A stretch of DNA of 63,992 nt, filler included, from Dimargaris cristalligena (GCA_003614675.1; 5 parts of 5 records of this genome joined end to end with filler, not necessarily neighbours in it); one strand, 5' to 3'; counted from the first letter of the whole stretch, positions 1 through 13,097 are shown. Notes: generated by a model not told the origin, from the letters alone. Numbers and translations are program-made.

Positions 1-34
<34 letters not shown>

Positions 35-114
35 AGTGAGGGGGCAACCAAGATTCGGCATACATCGGGAGCCCCCCGGTCGCTTGATAGGTGGAGTTAA
101 TTGGGGGGAGAAAC

Positions 115-1087
115 TTAGTTCTGCTTCTTAGTCTTGGTGGAGGAGATGCGGGCGTGGGTGGGGCCGCTGCGGACCAGCATTAGGTAAGCCCCCACCGGGA
201 GACTAAAGAATAGAGCGATGTAGGCCCAAACGGGGACCTGCCTCAGTAGGTCCGCCACCCGGCAACCGGTACCGGCGATTTTGCCAATGACCATACCGAA
301 ATTGGAGAAGGGGGAGAACGGGCCGTCCCAAACAGCAACCGACTTCCATTCGGTTTGCACGAACTCAAAGACGTGGTAGGCATCAAGAGGGCCTTCGTAG
401 GTGCGGACTGTACACAATGACGATCAGCAGGCAATAAGGGTAATCGGGGAAAGGGGGTTGGAGTTAGAGTAGCCAGCAAGGAAAGGAAGGGGTGTGGTTG
501 CGCAGCATAAACTCTCCAAAGCCAATTTCATCGGATTTAGGCAAGGTTTGGATAAGAAAAGCCTGGTCCCTCTAGTAGGTCACTAGGCGAGCTATGTGGC
601 ACAGTGTGGGGGGCTGCTTCAGCTGGGCAGTCGCCAACGTCGTTGGCATCGAATCCAAACCACTGAGTGTGGCGGGGGAGGGGTACTTACTTTCGTTGTG
701 TCGGAGGTAGAACAGGGTAGGCAACCGGGTGATCATGAAACGGGCGGCCAGCTCGGGGTTGGCGTCGATTTCGATCTTGGCAATACCGACATGGGGCATG
801 TCGGCATCAGCCAGGCGCTCACTGAGCAGCTTGAGCTTGGGGGCAAATTGCTGGCAAGCTCCGCACCAGGTGGCATAGAAGTCGAGGATCCACTCGTCCC
901 GGGTGGCGAGTAGGTCGGCGTAATTGGCGTCGGTCATGTCAATGACAGGGGTGCGGGCCACAACGGACTCGACGACGGCTGGGGAGTTGTTGTGGCTGTT
1001 GTTATTGTTGGCTTTGGTGGGGGTGGTTACCACCAGGGCCAGTGTAAACAGCAGGGCGGCCCAGCGGGACAAGGCGGCAACGTGCAT
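115..1087 (-). CDS. Thioredoxin-related ER transmembrane protein (TMX1/PDI-like), 2 exons (1087-691, 407-115)
   Basis: Signal-like N-terminus, thioredoxin fold with DFYATWCGAC active site and ARFMITRLPTL. The GTAAGT...CAG intron joins in frame (HNE-IRTYEG). C-terminal TM helix and terminal KKQN dilysine ER-retrieval motif. Confidence 0.85.
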
Positions 1088-1672
1088 GGCGACTAGTAAA
1101 GCGTCGGCTATACGGAAAGCTAGAGGCAATGCGATAAAGGGAAATGTGGAATGAAGTGGGACGGGTTGAAGGAGAAGAAGATAAACACGCGCTTGTCTGT
1201 ATAGGCGACAGGCACACTAGTAGTACAACGGGAAGGAACAGTTGGGGAGGGAGGATAACGTAGTGCGGACTTGCTTGTTGCCCTGGGAACGGCAAGGACC
1301 GGGTTAGACCTAAGGGGCCGCTGGTCTTATTCATGGTGTGTCGGAGGCCCAGGTGATGGCTGTTTCATTTCATAAGCGGGCTAATTATATACCCGCATTT
1401 CCCTTGCCGTGAATAGGCCAGGTCAATAATACAGTAGGGGTAACTTCTTAGTAATAATAACGCTGAGTGACTATTTCCTTATAGTTCCAGCTAGGCTGTT
1501 TTATATCCACCGCGGCTCAGGCCAGTCTCCCATGACATGGCGCTTTCCACTCACTCAAAATGGCTTAATAAAAGCAGCTGTTGTCTTTAGTCCCCGTTGC
1601 CAAAGATGGGGGTGTCATCACTTAATCAAGGAAATATCGTTTATTGCATTCCTTCCAGCTGACCGAAGCGGC

Positions 1673-1696
1673 ATATATATATATATATATATATAT
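1673..1696. repeat. (AT)n microsatellite in divergent intergenic region
   Basis: Perfect AT run seen directly. Confidence 0.9.
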
Positions 1697-2021
1697 AATA
1701 TGGATGTATAGTCAAGGGCAACAGAAACAGACAAAGAAAGTGCCAGTGAGTCCCACTTTGGCCGGGACAATATTGCTACTTCCCCGCTTTAGTGTGTAAA
1801 AGAAGTGGATTCCGTTTATAGAGTCTTGTCTTGTCTTGCCCTTTAAGTGCTTTTTATTTTTTTCTGCAAGAATTCGTGCCCCATATTCTTTAATTGAAAC
1901 CTTTTATATCTATGGTGGTCACCGTTAGGCTTTCTCACCTCCTCCACTATCGTCTCATCTGCCAGTCCCCGGCCCCTTGATTCACCGCTTCTCACCCCGC
2001 GCCCTGGGCCTACTTATCGAC

Positions 2022-3842
2022 ATGCCTATAATCTCCTTCGATTCCCGACCACCCCTCACCACGGGTGGTGAGTCGGCGGTCCCCGAGAATCCTCCGCCCC
2101 CAGCGGCCTCCCCCGTCGTCGGTCTGCCCAACGAGTTCCTCCTCAAGGCCCTTAACCTACCGACTGACCGCAGATTCATCCTCAAGCTGGATCAGGAATT
2201 AACCCACTTTATCCAAGAGTCCAACGAGCCCACCCTGGTGTTTCCGCCGATGAATCCCTACCAGCGGCGGCTGGTACACCACGTGGCCGATTATTTTACC
2301 CTACTGCATAACACCGAATACGGCCAGGCCCCCTCCACCAACGACCCGAATGGCCCGTCCTCCAACGCAAATGGTACGGGTGGTGCATTTTCACAGGCCT
2401 ACGTGGCCGTTTCCAAGATGGCCGATACCGCCGTGCCCGACTTGCGCCTGTGTGATCTAATTGAAGAGGAGGAGCCGGCACCCAAGACCTTTAAAATTAT
2501 GAAGCGCAATGTGGCCCGGCCCGGTACCTCGTCGGGTTCAAATGGTAAAGGGGGCCCGAAGGGTGTGGCATCGGGTGGGTCGGCCAAAGAACGTCGATTC
2601 ATGTCCCTCCAGGAACGGGAAGCAGCCTACGAACGGGCCCGGGCGGAGATTTTCCAGGAGAAGTCCTCATCGCCTCCATCATCATCTGGAGCGACCGATA
2701 CCGTCGCCTCAGTTCCAACCGCCCCTACCCAGGCGGAAACTCGCCCCCCACCCGCACGGAATACGCGGCGCACCGATTTTATATCCCCCGACGAATTCAT
2801 CCGGAACCCGGGCTTGCGTCCCTCGGCCATGCCGCATGGTGGTGGCCAAATTCGCCCCGCCCCGACCTACTATACCAATGGGCCCGGCTACAATCCCGCC
2901 CATGTCCGTTCGCGGCCCCCGCCTTTCGCCAGTCCCGGACCGGGCTTCCCTTACGGCCCGTACCCCCACCTTTCGGCCCCCCACCAGAATACAAATCGGC
3001 TTACCCCACCCCTACACTATACCGCCCCACTGCCTACCAATGCCTTCCGTCCGGACCCGCGGGTTAAATATACCGGCGAGCCCCTATTATCTTCTACTTC
3101 CGGCTTCCCCAGTCTCGGTCCCGGCCCTTCCCCGCGGGAGTTTCCGCCACTGAGTGGGGGCGGTTCACAAAGCGCTAACGGTGCCACTGGGGGAGGAAAT
3201 CCCGGCTATGGCCCTACTTCTTCGTCCGGCCGCCCCGCGGTATCGAATCCATGGCTAGTCCGGCCCACCTCGGTTGCGACCGGATCTACATCCGAACCAG
3301 GGTGGAACCGGAACTGGCAGCAGCCTTCCGCCACTCCAGTTCAGCCCGGGGTCCGAATGGGGGGCGCCCACGCCACCTCCACCCACTCAGTGGGTGAATT
3401 GGCCGACTCCCTCGCCCAGGGCCTGGGTATTAATAACTCGCCCCATGTAATCGATGCGCTCTCCGCCCTACACCCTACGCCTTTGACGGATTCCGTCTCG
3501 GGCGGGCCCCGTAAGCCCTCGATCCAGCCCAGTAAATTGATGTTCACTTACGAGGCCGCCATTCACGAAGGTGTGCAGAAAACCAACGCCCCGAAGGAAA
3601 TTAACCATATTCTTCAGCTCACTCGGAATGACGGACTCCCGCCCGATTCTTTGGCAGATGCCCTATTCTTTACTCACGGTACAATCAAACGTGTCAAACT
3701 GGACAAGCGATCCGATGACTCCGGCCCATCATACGCCTACCTAATCATTTTCAAAGGCAGCACCTATGCCCAGCAAGCGCTGGAACAGTACCGGGAACAT
3801 CCCGAAGTTAGCCTGCAGCCCTATCAGACTGACAAGCGGTGA
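2022..3842 (+). CDS. R3H + SUZ domain RNA-binding protein (R3HDM/encore/Rbs1-like), single exon
   Basis: DRRFILKLDQEL, R3H motif PPMNPYQRRLVHHVADYF, FKIMKR, and SUZ motif SLQEREAAYERARAEIF. Pro/Gly-rich middle and a possible RRM-like C-terminus. First ATG at 2022. Confidence 0.85.
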   Translation: MPIISFDSRPPLTTGGESAVPENPPPPAASPVVGLPNEFLLKALNLPTDRRFILKLDQELTHFIQESNEPTLVFPPMNPYQRRLVHHVADYFTLLHNTEYGQAPSTNDPNGPSSNANGTGGAFSQAYVAVSKMADTAVPDLRLCDLIEEEEPAPKTFKIMKRNVARPGTSSGSNGKGGPKGVASGGSAKERRFMSLQEREAAYERARAEIFQEKSSSPPSSSGATDTVASVPTAPTQAETRPPPARNTRRTDFISPDEFIRNPGLRPSAMPHGGGQIRPAPTYYTNGPGYNPAHVRSRPPPFASPGPGFPYGPYPHLSAPHQNTNRLTPPLHYTAPLPTNAFRPDPRVKYTGEPLLSSTSGFPSLGPGPSPREFPPLSGGGSQSANGATGGGNPGYGPTSSSGRPAVSNPWLVRPTSVATGSTSEPGWNRNWQQPSATPVQPGVRMGGAHATSTHSVGELADSLAQGLGINNSPHVIDALSALHPTPLTDSVSGGPRKPSIQPSKLMFTYEAAIHEGVQKTNAPKEINHILQLTRNDGLPPDSLADALFFTHGTIKRVKLDKRSDDSGPSYAYLIIFKGSTYAQQALEQYREHPEVSLQPYQTDKR

Positions 3843-5206
3843 GAACCCCTTTTTATTGGGCACTGGACTGCGGGGAGGGGAGCTTTCTTGATCTGGTAAA
3901 AAGTAGGTTTAAAATTCTCGCCGTCCATTTGGCAGAGATTTATCTATAGTATCGGCAATAATCCTCCACCTTTTACATTTTTATGTTGACTTGCCAATGG
4001 CCAGTGAGTTCAATGGACGGAGTGGATAGCTAATGTGTTCCGGCATTTAATGATAGGTTGGCACCGGAGTACTTTCATTTGCGAATATTCACCAATACAT
4101 TAATAAATATTTAAATATTCTTAACCGGAATGCTAGGGGCTCGTTAAATTAGTGTAATACACACTAGGTGGGACCATCCCACCATGGGATGCTCTCTACC
4201 GCTGGCCAAAAATGGGGAGGGGAGAGGTGTGTGGTAGAGCAAAATGTCAGCCACACTTGCAATCCAAGTTTGGCAGTTAATTTTGAGGGCTTCCCGCATA
4301 TACGCCGCCCCCCCTCCTTCCTAACTACACAATAGTGGCTATGCTATATATTAAGGCTGTACGATTTGCATCAGTCCAGCGGTCGCGTATGGTGAACTAT
4401 TATCGTCGTTTACTGGACAAGCGTAAAAATAACATTTTCGATTGTTGATCTGTCCCTTTCTTGGCGGTCTCACTTTGGAAGTTTTTCTGCGATGGAGGGG
4501 TTGTCTTCTAGAAACCGGGGTTCTCGGTAAGTATGTAGAAGGGCTTGGCTGATTATAATACCGCAGAAACATACTTCCCGTTACTTGGCAAGGTTATGAA
4601 GGGGTCGTCGTAAAGGGTTAGAGGGAAGGAAGGTCCTTCTATCCTAAGCACATGAATAAGCGATAATTTACTTGAATCGTGCGACATCACAGGCTATGTG
4701 ATTGTGATTGGGCCAGTACCAAGGGCTTGCCAAGCTGCCCAGACCATGGTGGGAAAAGCCCACCTCATAGCACTGCCAGCGGATCCACACGATGGACACA
4801 ACTGGGGAGAGTGCATCAACTCTTGGCCGCCCCCAGATGAAGGGGCAAAATTATGCTATACTAAAAATCGCATACAGTCAGTGTATGCGCATAGAACTCT
4901 ACACGACGCCTGTTATTCGACAACCCTTGTTATGGGGCGGCTATCAATAAGTAGTTTGCTGCTTCCGGTTCTGACAGATTGGCCCGCCCGCGCTCCATCT
5001 TCATCCTAACCCTGCACGCTTTGCTCATCCTCTATCTTCATACTTTTTTTGCTTTCGGCCTTGTCTCGGTCCTTGAACTGCTTCATCATTGACCTTACTT
5101 GCTGAGCAACCCGGGCAGTCTTTTCTCCTCTCCTCTCCCCCAGTTCGATAGCCATCGACCTCCATCTTTGGGGTTTTATTTATTTAAAAAATACCCTTTA
5201 TTTACC

Positions 5207-8200
5207 ATGCGTCCGAAGAAAGCCGATTGGACCGAGGGGCTCAAAAAGAAGCAGGCCGGGGTATCGGACATGACCCTGTTGTCGAAAATCAACAACGAGG
5301 CCATCAGCGAAAACCTGCGTAAACGCTTCGAGAATGCCGACATTTACGTAAGTCGGCTGCTCCCGCTACTCCATACCATAGTTTGGCCCTTACTTATCGC
5401 CTGTCTATTATACCGCCAGTTATAACCCTAACGTATACTATTTAGACAGCCTTCAGGCTCCCCCTACCTATTAGTCCGGCCGTTGGTTTCCAAAGCCAAT
5501 TTAGTTTATTGGCGGTTCATCGCCCGGTCAGTTTCTCGATATCTGATTGCCGTTGCCTAAATTAATCGGTATCCATTTCCGGTGCCGTACCTTGGTTCCG
5601 ACAGTGTCCTCGTATATATATTATTGATTGACTCAACCAACTACTATTTTCATAATCACACTCCATCCTCTCCGGTCGCGCAATAGACCTATATTGGCCA
5701 CGTACTTATCAGTGTCAACCCATTCCGTGACATTGGTATTTACACGGACCAGGTGCTGGAATCCTATAAGGGCAAGAATCGGCTCGAACTACCCCCTCAC
5801 GTATTTGCCATCGCCGAAGCTTCGTATCGCAATATGATTGGTTACAAGGAAAACCAATGCGTCATCATTAGCGGTGAATCCGGGGCTGGCAAGACAGGTA
5901 CGTTGTTGGCCTGCTCCATAGTGCTCCGCTCTCGATTGAATTCAATGATTTTATAATGTCTTCTTGCAACATATACTAACATTCCTTGTCCGTTTTGTTT
6001 TTGGTTATTACTGTATTGATGGGAACTTACTGGATTATGACCGATTTCCCTTTCTGATTGCGACCATGCAGAGGCGGCCAAAAAAGTAAGTGTTTTTATG
6101 ACTAAATATTGGTAACCGGTGATCTTGGTCCTAATTCCATGCATGCGACCCTGATTTTCTACTTTTAAACTTTCTTGCGGAATATCATCCCCCCCTTTTT
6201 TTTGCCTTGCTACGTACTGATATTCAATAACCCATATGTACTACCTTAACATTATTTCTAGATTATGCAATACATTGCCGCGGTGAGTGCTGGTGGCCAG
6301 TCTGGCTCTATTCAGAAGGTCAAGGGCATGGTCCTAGCGACGAATCCATTGTTAGAGAGCTTCGGTTGTGCCAAAACTCTCCGAAACAACAATTCCAGCC
6401 GCCATGTAAGTGCCTCGCAGAATTCCCTAAAAATAAGTATTGTATCCCGGACGATACCCATTTCGGCTTTGTATTGATAGCCTTAACCTAACCACGTTTC
6501 TCCAGTGATTTTTATTATTGACAATTGGCCCTATAGGGTAAATACCTCGAGATTCAGTTCAACAGTAATGGCGAACCAATGGGCGCCAACATTACCAACT
6601 ATTTATTAGAAAAGGTGAGTTGTTAAGTCGTCTATTCATTCGCTACTCCAACCCCAATCGTGTCAAATTTATCCCCATTCACCCAGATATACGGCCAGTT
6701 TCTAATTGCTGAGAGTTTAGACCATTATTACGCTAACTAACCACTTCCTTTCCGGTATCCGCTTTTACACCCGATTTCTCAACTATAGGGTCGCGTAGTG
6801 TCTCAAATCCGTAATGAACGCAGCTTCCACATTTTCTATCAGCTGTGTAAAGCCGCCCCGCAGAACTATCGAGGTCAGTTTCATTATATGAACCACCATG
6901 CCAAACGCCCTCAAGGTCACTTTGGCAATCCACCTTAGGCGTGCTGGACTAACTAATAGATAAACATATGTCGCTTATTATTGGGACACACTCCGCCTAC
7001 CTGGTACCCCCTGCTTGCTATCATGGCTAATTGCATTGACATTTTCCTAACCATCCTGCATCGCTTGTACTATCCCCCCCTCTGCTAAATCGGACACCCG
7101 TTCTACCCACCTGCAGATAGCTACGGTATATCCGGTCCTGAGAGTTTTTACTATATATCACACAGCGGCTGTTTAGATGTAGATACTATTAACGATACCA
7201 ATGACTACAACGACACCATTGCCGCTATGAATGTCATCGGGCTTACGGCGGCGGAGCAGGACCAAATCCACCGTATGCTAGCGGCCATCCTGTGGTTGGG
7301 CAATGCTCAATTCCAAGAGGGGGACGACGGCCAGTCTTTTGTGACCGACTCGGGCGTCGTTGAGTTTATCGCGTACCTCCTCGAAGTCGATAGCGCGAGC
7401 CTTAACAAGGTCCTGACCAGCCGTGTGATTGAAACCCAACACGGTGGACGACGCGGCTCCACTTACGAAGTTCCCCTGAATTGTGTACAGGCCGTTGCGG
7501 TCCGGGACGCTTACGCCAAGGCCATCTATGCCCGCATGTTCGAGTGGATCGTCACCCGGATCAATGCGGCCATGCAGCCCCACCAGACCCCTCCCTTCAC
7601 CATCGGAGTGTTGGATATTTACGGGTTTGAGATTTTTGACCATAATAGTTTCGAACAGCTGTGTATTAACTATGTCAACGAGAAACTTCAACAAATTTTC
7701 ATCGAGCTCACCCTGAAAGCGGAGCAGGAGGAATACGTGCGGGAGCAGATTAAATGGACGCCAATCGACTATTTCAACAACAAAATTGTATGCGACTTAA
7801 TCGAGGAGCGCCGCCCGCCTGGTGTCTTCGCCGCCATGAACGACGCCTGCGCGACAGCCCACGCCAATTCCCAGGCCGCGGACGGCTCGTTGATCCAGCG
7901 ACTGGCCGCATGTGGGCAGAATCCCCATTTCGAACTACGAGGCCAAGCCTTTTTGGTGAAGCACTACGCCGGTGATGTGACCTACGAAATCACGGGCATG
8001 ACGGACAAGAATAAGGACCAGCTGCTTAAGGATATGCTGGACCTGAACCAGAATTCCCAGAATCAGTTCCTTCGTGGCCTGTTTTCGGAGCAGATTGACC
8101 GGGACTCCAAGAAACGTCCCCCCACGGCGGGTGACCGTATCAAAAAGTCGGCGAATGAGTTGGTGACGAACCTCATGAAGGCCCAACCGTCCTACATTCG

Positions 8201-10404
8201 TTGTATTAAGCCCAACGAGTCCAAAAGCCCCACCGAATACGACGATCGCCGCGTGCTCCATCAGGTGAAGTACCTTGGGCTGTGCGAAAATATCCGGGTC
8301 CGACGAGCGGGTTTCGCGTATCGCCAGACTTTCGAGAAATTCGTCGAACGATTCTATTTGCTTTCTCCGTCCACCTCGTACGCCGGTGACTACATTTGGC
8401 GCGGGGACTCCAAAGCGGGTACGGCCCAGATTCTCAAGGACACCAATATCGCCAAGGAGGAATGGCAACTCGGGACCACCAAGGCCTTTATTCGCCACCC
8501 GGAAACCCTCTGGGCTCTGGAAAACCTGCGCGAGAAGTACTGGCACAATATGGCCATCCGTATCCAACGGGCCTGGCGTAATTACGTACGGTACCGCAAC
8601 GAGTGCGCCACTAAGATTCAGCGCTGTTTCCGGGACAACAAGTACCAGGTGAGGTGGATCCAACAGCGTGACCTGGGTCACCAGATTTTGGCGGGGCGCA
8701 AGGAGCGCCGTCGGTACAGTTTAGTTAGCATGCGTCGGTTCTTTGGGGACTACTTGGCCGTGGCCACCGCCCCAGGCGGAGTGGGGGCCCAGCTGCGCGG
8801 GGCCTGTGGGATCAAGTCCAGCGAGCTGGTTCTTTTTAGTGGTAAAGGCCAAGTCCTGGTGCCCCGGCCCCTGCGGTCGAGCAAACCCAGCCCCCGGTCT
8901 ATCGTGGTAACTAACGCGGCGGTTTATTTCGTGGCCACTACCATTGAGCGCAAGCTGCTGACCTTGAAGCTGGACCGCAAGGTGCCGCTGATTACTATGC
9001 GGGGACTGAGCACTTCCACCCTTATGGACGACTGGGTAGTGCTGCACGTCAATCCCGGAGCAGGAGGTGCAGGGGCCAACAAGGACGACACCGTGGATAT
9101 AATTATGAGCTGCGATCTCAAGACGGAGTTAATCACCCATCTGGTGAGTGCTTCCAACGGTAGCCTGGCCCTCAACGTGCAGCCCCAGATTACTTACACC
9201 AAGAAGGGTAACAAGACCCAGGTTCTCAAGTTTGTCAAGAACGATATGTTCCCGAGAGAGGCCAACTACAAGAGCCATGTGATTCAAATCGGTGGAGGGG
9301 AACCGGCCAACAGCGTATCTCGCCCACCGTGCCGGGCCAACCCCAAGCCGCGGCCTGCCAAACCGCATCGCCCCCCCGCCAAAGTCCGGTCAGCTCCACG
9401 TCCCCAGCCCACCCCCCAGCCTTTACCCGGCGATTCGGGTTACGCGGGTGGCATGTCGGCTTCCACTAACAACCAGGCTGCAGGCGGCGCGACTGCCCAG
9501 TCAGCTACTGCACCCCCGCCTCCACCACCCCCACCGCCCGCTGCTCCTGCTCACCCGACTTTCAAGGCCCTGTATAACTTTGATGCCGTGATTGACGGTG
9601 GAATGAACTTGGTTAGCGGCGAAATCTACGAAGTCCTGGAACAGCACGATAATGGTTGGTGGCTGGGTCGGAAAAATGATGTTGAAGGATGGATTCCCTC
9701 CAACTACATGGAAAGGGTGGAAATGGCACCTCCGCCACCGGCCCCTACGCCAGCCCCAGCACCCACACCAGCGCCAGTTGCTGTGGCGGCTGCTCCCCGG
9801 CCCAATCCTAGACCCGTACCAACCAATACTACTAATGGTACGGGTGCTCAGCGACCCTCCATCGCCCCTAAGCCCAACATTGCTCCCAAACCTCAACTGG
9901 GTGGTGGTGGTGGCCGCCCCGCCGTTCCCACTCGACCTGGTCGCCCGGTGAGTGTAGCGGGTGGCAATCGAGCTGATAGCGCGGCCAGTAGTAGCGAAGG
10001 AACAGATTCTTCCTCCGGACCGACTCGAGGCAGCGTCTCCCAGATGATTTCCGCCTTGAATTCAAACCCCCGATTTAACCAGCAAAGCCAGCGGAACAGC
10101 ATTAGCGGCGGTAGTGGCGGCAATTCGAAGGTAAGCTATTGAATTATTCCTAATTATGTTGGTATTTTACTGGCCTAGTTGCCGGAGTGGTTTATTCTCG
10201 GGCGACAGGAGACCTAGGTTAATTGGCCTACCAATGTACACTGTAGCCGTAATTACGGATTAATCAGTTCTAATACTCGATGGTATGGTTTATTAATTTT
10301 TTTCGGTGATAAATATCATATATTAACACCTCTTCCTTTCATAGCCCGCTATTCCACCTCGTCCCGGCGGTATGAAGCCCCCCGTTCCTGCCCGCCCCCG
10401 ATAA
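5207..10404 (+). CDS. MYO1: Class I myosin (motor, IQ, TH1, SH3), 8 exons: 5207-5347, 5687-5897, 6072-6085, 6262-6405, 6537-6614, 6789-6873, 7117-10130, 10345-10404
   Basis: GVSDMTLL, P-loop GESGAGKT, fungal class I switch-1 NNNSSRHGKY, DIYGFE, TEDS-site serine in [14 protein letters not shown] motifs, TH1, and SH3 (ALYNF...GWW...GWIPSNY). All seven GT-AG introns preserve frame. Confidence 0.96.
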
Positions 10405-11907
10405 TTATACCCTAATTGGAATTTGGAATTCTAGTTTTCTAAAAAGGGCTAGCCGTATCCTATTATTATTATTATTATTATTTCTTTTTAGTTACTTGAG
10501 GTACTATTATATCCGATTCTGTTTTTGAATAAGTCGTTTTAAAATCTAGTTTACAGCACTTACCTCACCTTTATCTTATATCCGTACATACGTAAATATA
10601 CCTGTTTTAATTATACGAGGCGTGATTCACAATGAATTACTTGGAAGCTGTAGTCGATTCGACATGTCAATTTGGAATCGTGGTATATGGAGGCATAACC
10701 GTTACCAAATAGTTCCAAGAATTGAAGGGGGTGTTATTTTGTTTAACCCGTTGCTACGCCTATATTTTTTGTTATTTATTAGCGGGGTGAATCAATATTT
10801 CTGCTGCAGTACAATACCCCAGGTACGTTAGCTGCATAGTATTGTAATAGGTAGGCATGGTAAGGCGGTTAGCGGGAAGACATGGTGGCCTTAATAATTG
10901 ACCCCTGTTATTGCATCATTCTGAAGTGCAGCACGGCGATACTCCAGGCCCGATATTCAGGTAGGTAGTGAGAGGTAAAGGTAGATCAACAACCCCTTCT
11001 AAATAAATAACAGAAACGGGATTGTCAGTACCCCCTTCATTGGGGGCAGTAATATTGACTTGAGGTGGTATATACTAAGTTGTCTGGAACCCTACTATTA
11101 TGTACGCAACGTCCATGGCACCCCCCACTCCTCTAGCCATTAAAACTACTGGCTGATTGGATAGGGGGTCGATGACGTCCCGCTCTAACCATGTTGGTGG
11201 TGTGGCTGCAAGGCGGTTAATATCAATCGAAGGGGGGTGCTGTTTATCTAGATAGATAACGTAGAGACCCTATCTCGTCTGGTGTGGGGTTGTAGACGAG
11301 TTGAGTTGAGTTGGATAAAGAAGCTGAGGAAAGGAAGGGCCCCTTTGACCATACGAGTGACAATCAAATATGCCTGTGTAGATGATTATTAGTTTAACCT
11401 ACTATAACCAGGGAAACCAGCGCCTATTTTCGGCGGGTGTCATTTAGCACGCGTTTCACCCCTAAAATTATTATATATATATATAATTCATAATGCTGCT
11501 TCCATTTCCGACGGGTGCTTTGTGTGGGTTCTTGGATAGAGCGGGTTTTGTTGGCTTCTTTGTAGCAGTAGAGTTTATTGGAAAGGCGAAGAAGGTGCCA
11601 CTTTCTTTCCCTCATTTCCAGACCCAGTTGGTTTGGGTCGAAGACCCTCGCTCATTCGCAGTCTGGGCTTTCATTTCCTGCGGGCTGCTCACAGTGACAC
11701 GCGACCACGCTATAAGCACAGGGTTCTGTTATTTAGTGGAGGAGGGGTTCTTCGCTTCTTCCCTCTCCTTTCCTTTCCTCTCCTCTCCTCTTATTTACTT
11801 TCTTTGCTGGTCTTTTCTATAACTTGCGGGTGTCCTCTCTCTTTTCTTATAGGCAGCTATTTTATACCTTGGCATTTCCCGTGGTTTTGTTCTTCCTTCA
11901 CTATAGA

Positions 11908-11947
11908 ATATATATATATATATATATATATACCCACACACACACGC
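11908..11947. repeat. (AT)n/(CA)n compound microsatellite
   Basis: Seen directly, inside a long pyrimidine-rich leader upstream of the 12406 ORF. Confidence 0.85.
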
Positions 11948-12405
11948 ACGCTCTTGGCTTGAATGCTGTTCTCTTCTCTTCTTGCAGTTGCAGGAACACG
12001 TCTTCTGTCTTATTAGTGTATATTTTTGTACTCCTCCTATTTATCGATAACACAATACCCTCCTTCTACTTTAGCTGGTCGCATTCCTTTTCCCACTATA
12101 CCCTACCACACGCATCCTTATACCGTGCGCGCGTCCGTACATTCTTTTGGTCACCTACACCTACCTGGTTCACCAAAACGAGAAGCTCTCTATCTCCTCC
12201 TTCTCGGGCCTATCACCTGCCTCGCCCTACCTCTGGGGACCTACCAAGTCCCTCTATATCCACTGCCGCCGCCTGTAATTTATTGCTAGTATTTTGCCCC
12301 GTCACTACTCCACTGAAACCCCTTAGTTGCATTACCCGTTCCAGCCCTCCCCCTTCGTTAACTCACCGTACCTTTCTTTCGCCCAGTTCACGTTGGTCTG
12401 CGGCC

Positions 12406-12907
12406 ATGGACTACCCCGTCGATCATAGCCCGACCATGGCCACTTCGCCGGTCACACCGGCCCCCATTCCGAACTCTGGGTCCACTGACACTCACGAGGC
12501 CTTCGTCCCGGAACCCCCGGCCAAGCGGTCGCGGATCCGCTCTAACCCCAAAGTCACTCCCGTGTCCGAAGCCTCCCCGGCGGATCTGGCCCCGCCGGTT
12601 AAAGTACGTCGCCCCGCTGGTCGGCCCCGGCGAACCTCCGTTTCTAAAGCGGCCCAGTCTACGGCCCCTGGGTCCGCATCCGCGTCAACCGAAGTCGGTT
12701 CCGCCCCTACTACTACTACTACCACTGTTGAGGTACGCCCCAAACGGAAATACGTCCGGACTAAAAAACCCACTTCCGCGGCTGTACTGGTGCCAGAGCC
12801 GGAGCCGAGGTCAAAAGCGAAGCCGGCGACCAAACCCGAGGTGGAAGTCAAGGTCGAACCCAAACCTGGTCCTAAACCTCAACCCCAGCCCGAAGTTAAG
12901 CCTGAAC
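12406..12907 (+). CDS. N-terminal fragment of a Pro/Lys-rich, probably nuclear protein, truncated by contig end
   Basis: GCCATGG start and GC-rich coding-like composition. PPAKRSR NLS-like, GRPRR AT-hook-like and RPKRKYVR motifs. No folded domain before the gap. Confidence 0.55.
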
Positions 12908-13007
12908 NNNNNNNNNNNNNNNNNNNNNNNNNNNNNNNNNNNNNNNNNNNNTTAATTAATTAANNNNNNNNNNNNNNNNNNNNNNNNNNNNNNNNNNNNN
13001 NNNNNNN
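12908..13007. other. Artificial contig linker N44-TTAATTAATTAA-N44
   Basis: Exactly 100 nt, stops in all six frames, identical at four positions. Confidence 0.98.
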
Positions 13008-13097
13008 GCTCATTCACTCGTCAGGGGCATACTTCCGATAAGTGCGAAAAATAGATAAAAAATAAAAGTAGGTAAAAAATGTGGTAAGTTCACCACA
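13008..13097. repeat. Repeat family B terminus (LTR-like; reads TGTGGTGAAC on minus strand)
   Basis: About 54 nt near-identical to 26005-26058 (AAAAATAGATAAAAAATAAAAGTAGGTAAAAAATGTGGTAAGTTCAC.ACA). Both copies lie at contig starts. Confidence 0.7.

Noticed and set aside
855..875. Selenocysteine in the thioredoxin active site
   Set aside because: Both CxxC positions are ordinary TGC Cys codons.
11824..12405. N-terminal half of the 379-aa ORF as a membrane protein
   Set aside because: It has a non-ATG start, translates a microsatellite (IYIYIY/THTH) and is pyrimidine-rich UTR-like sequence. The real start is probably 12406.
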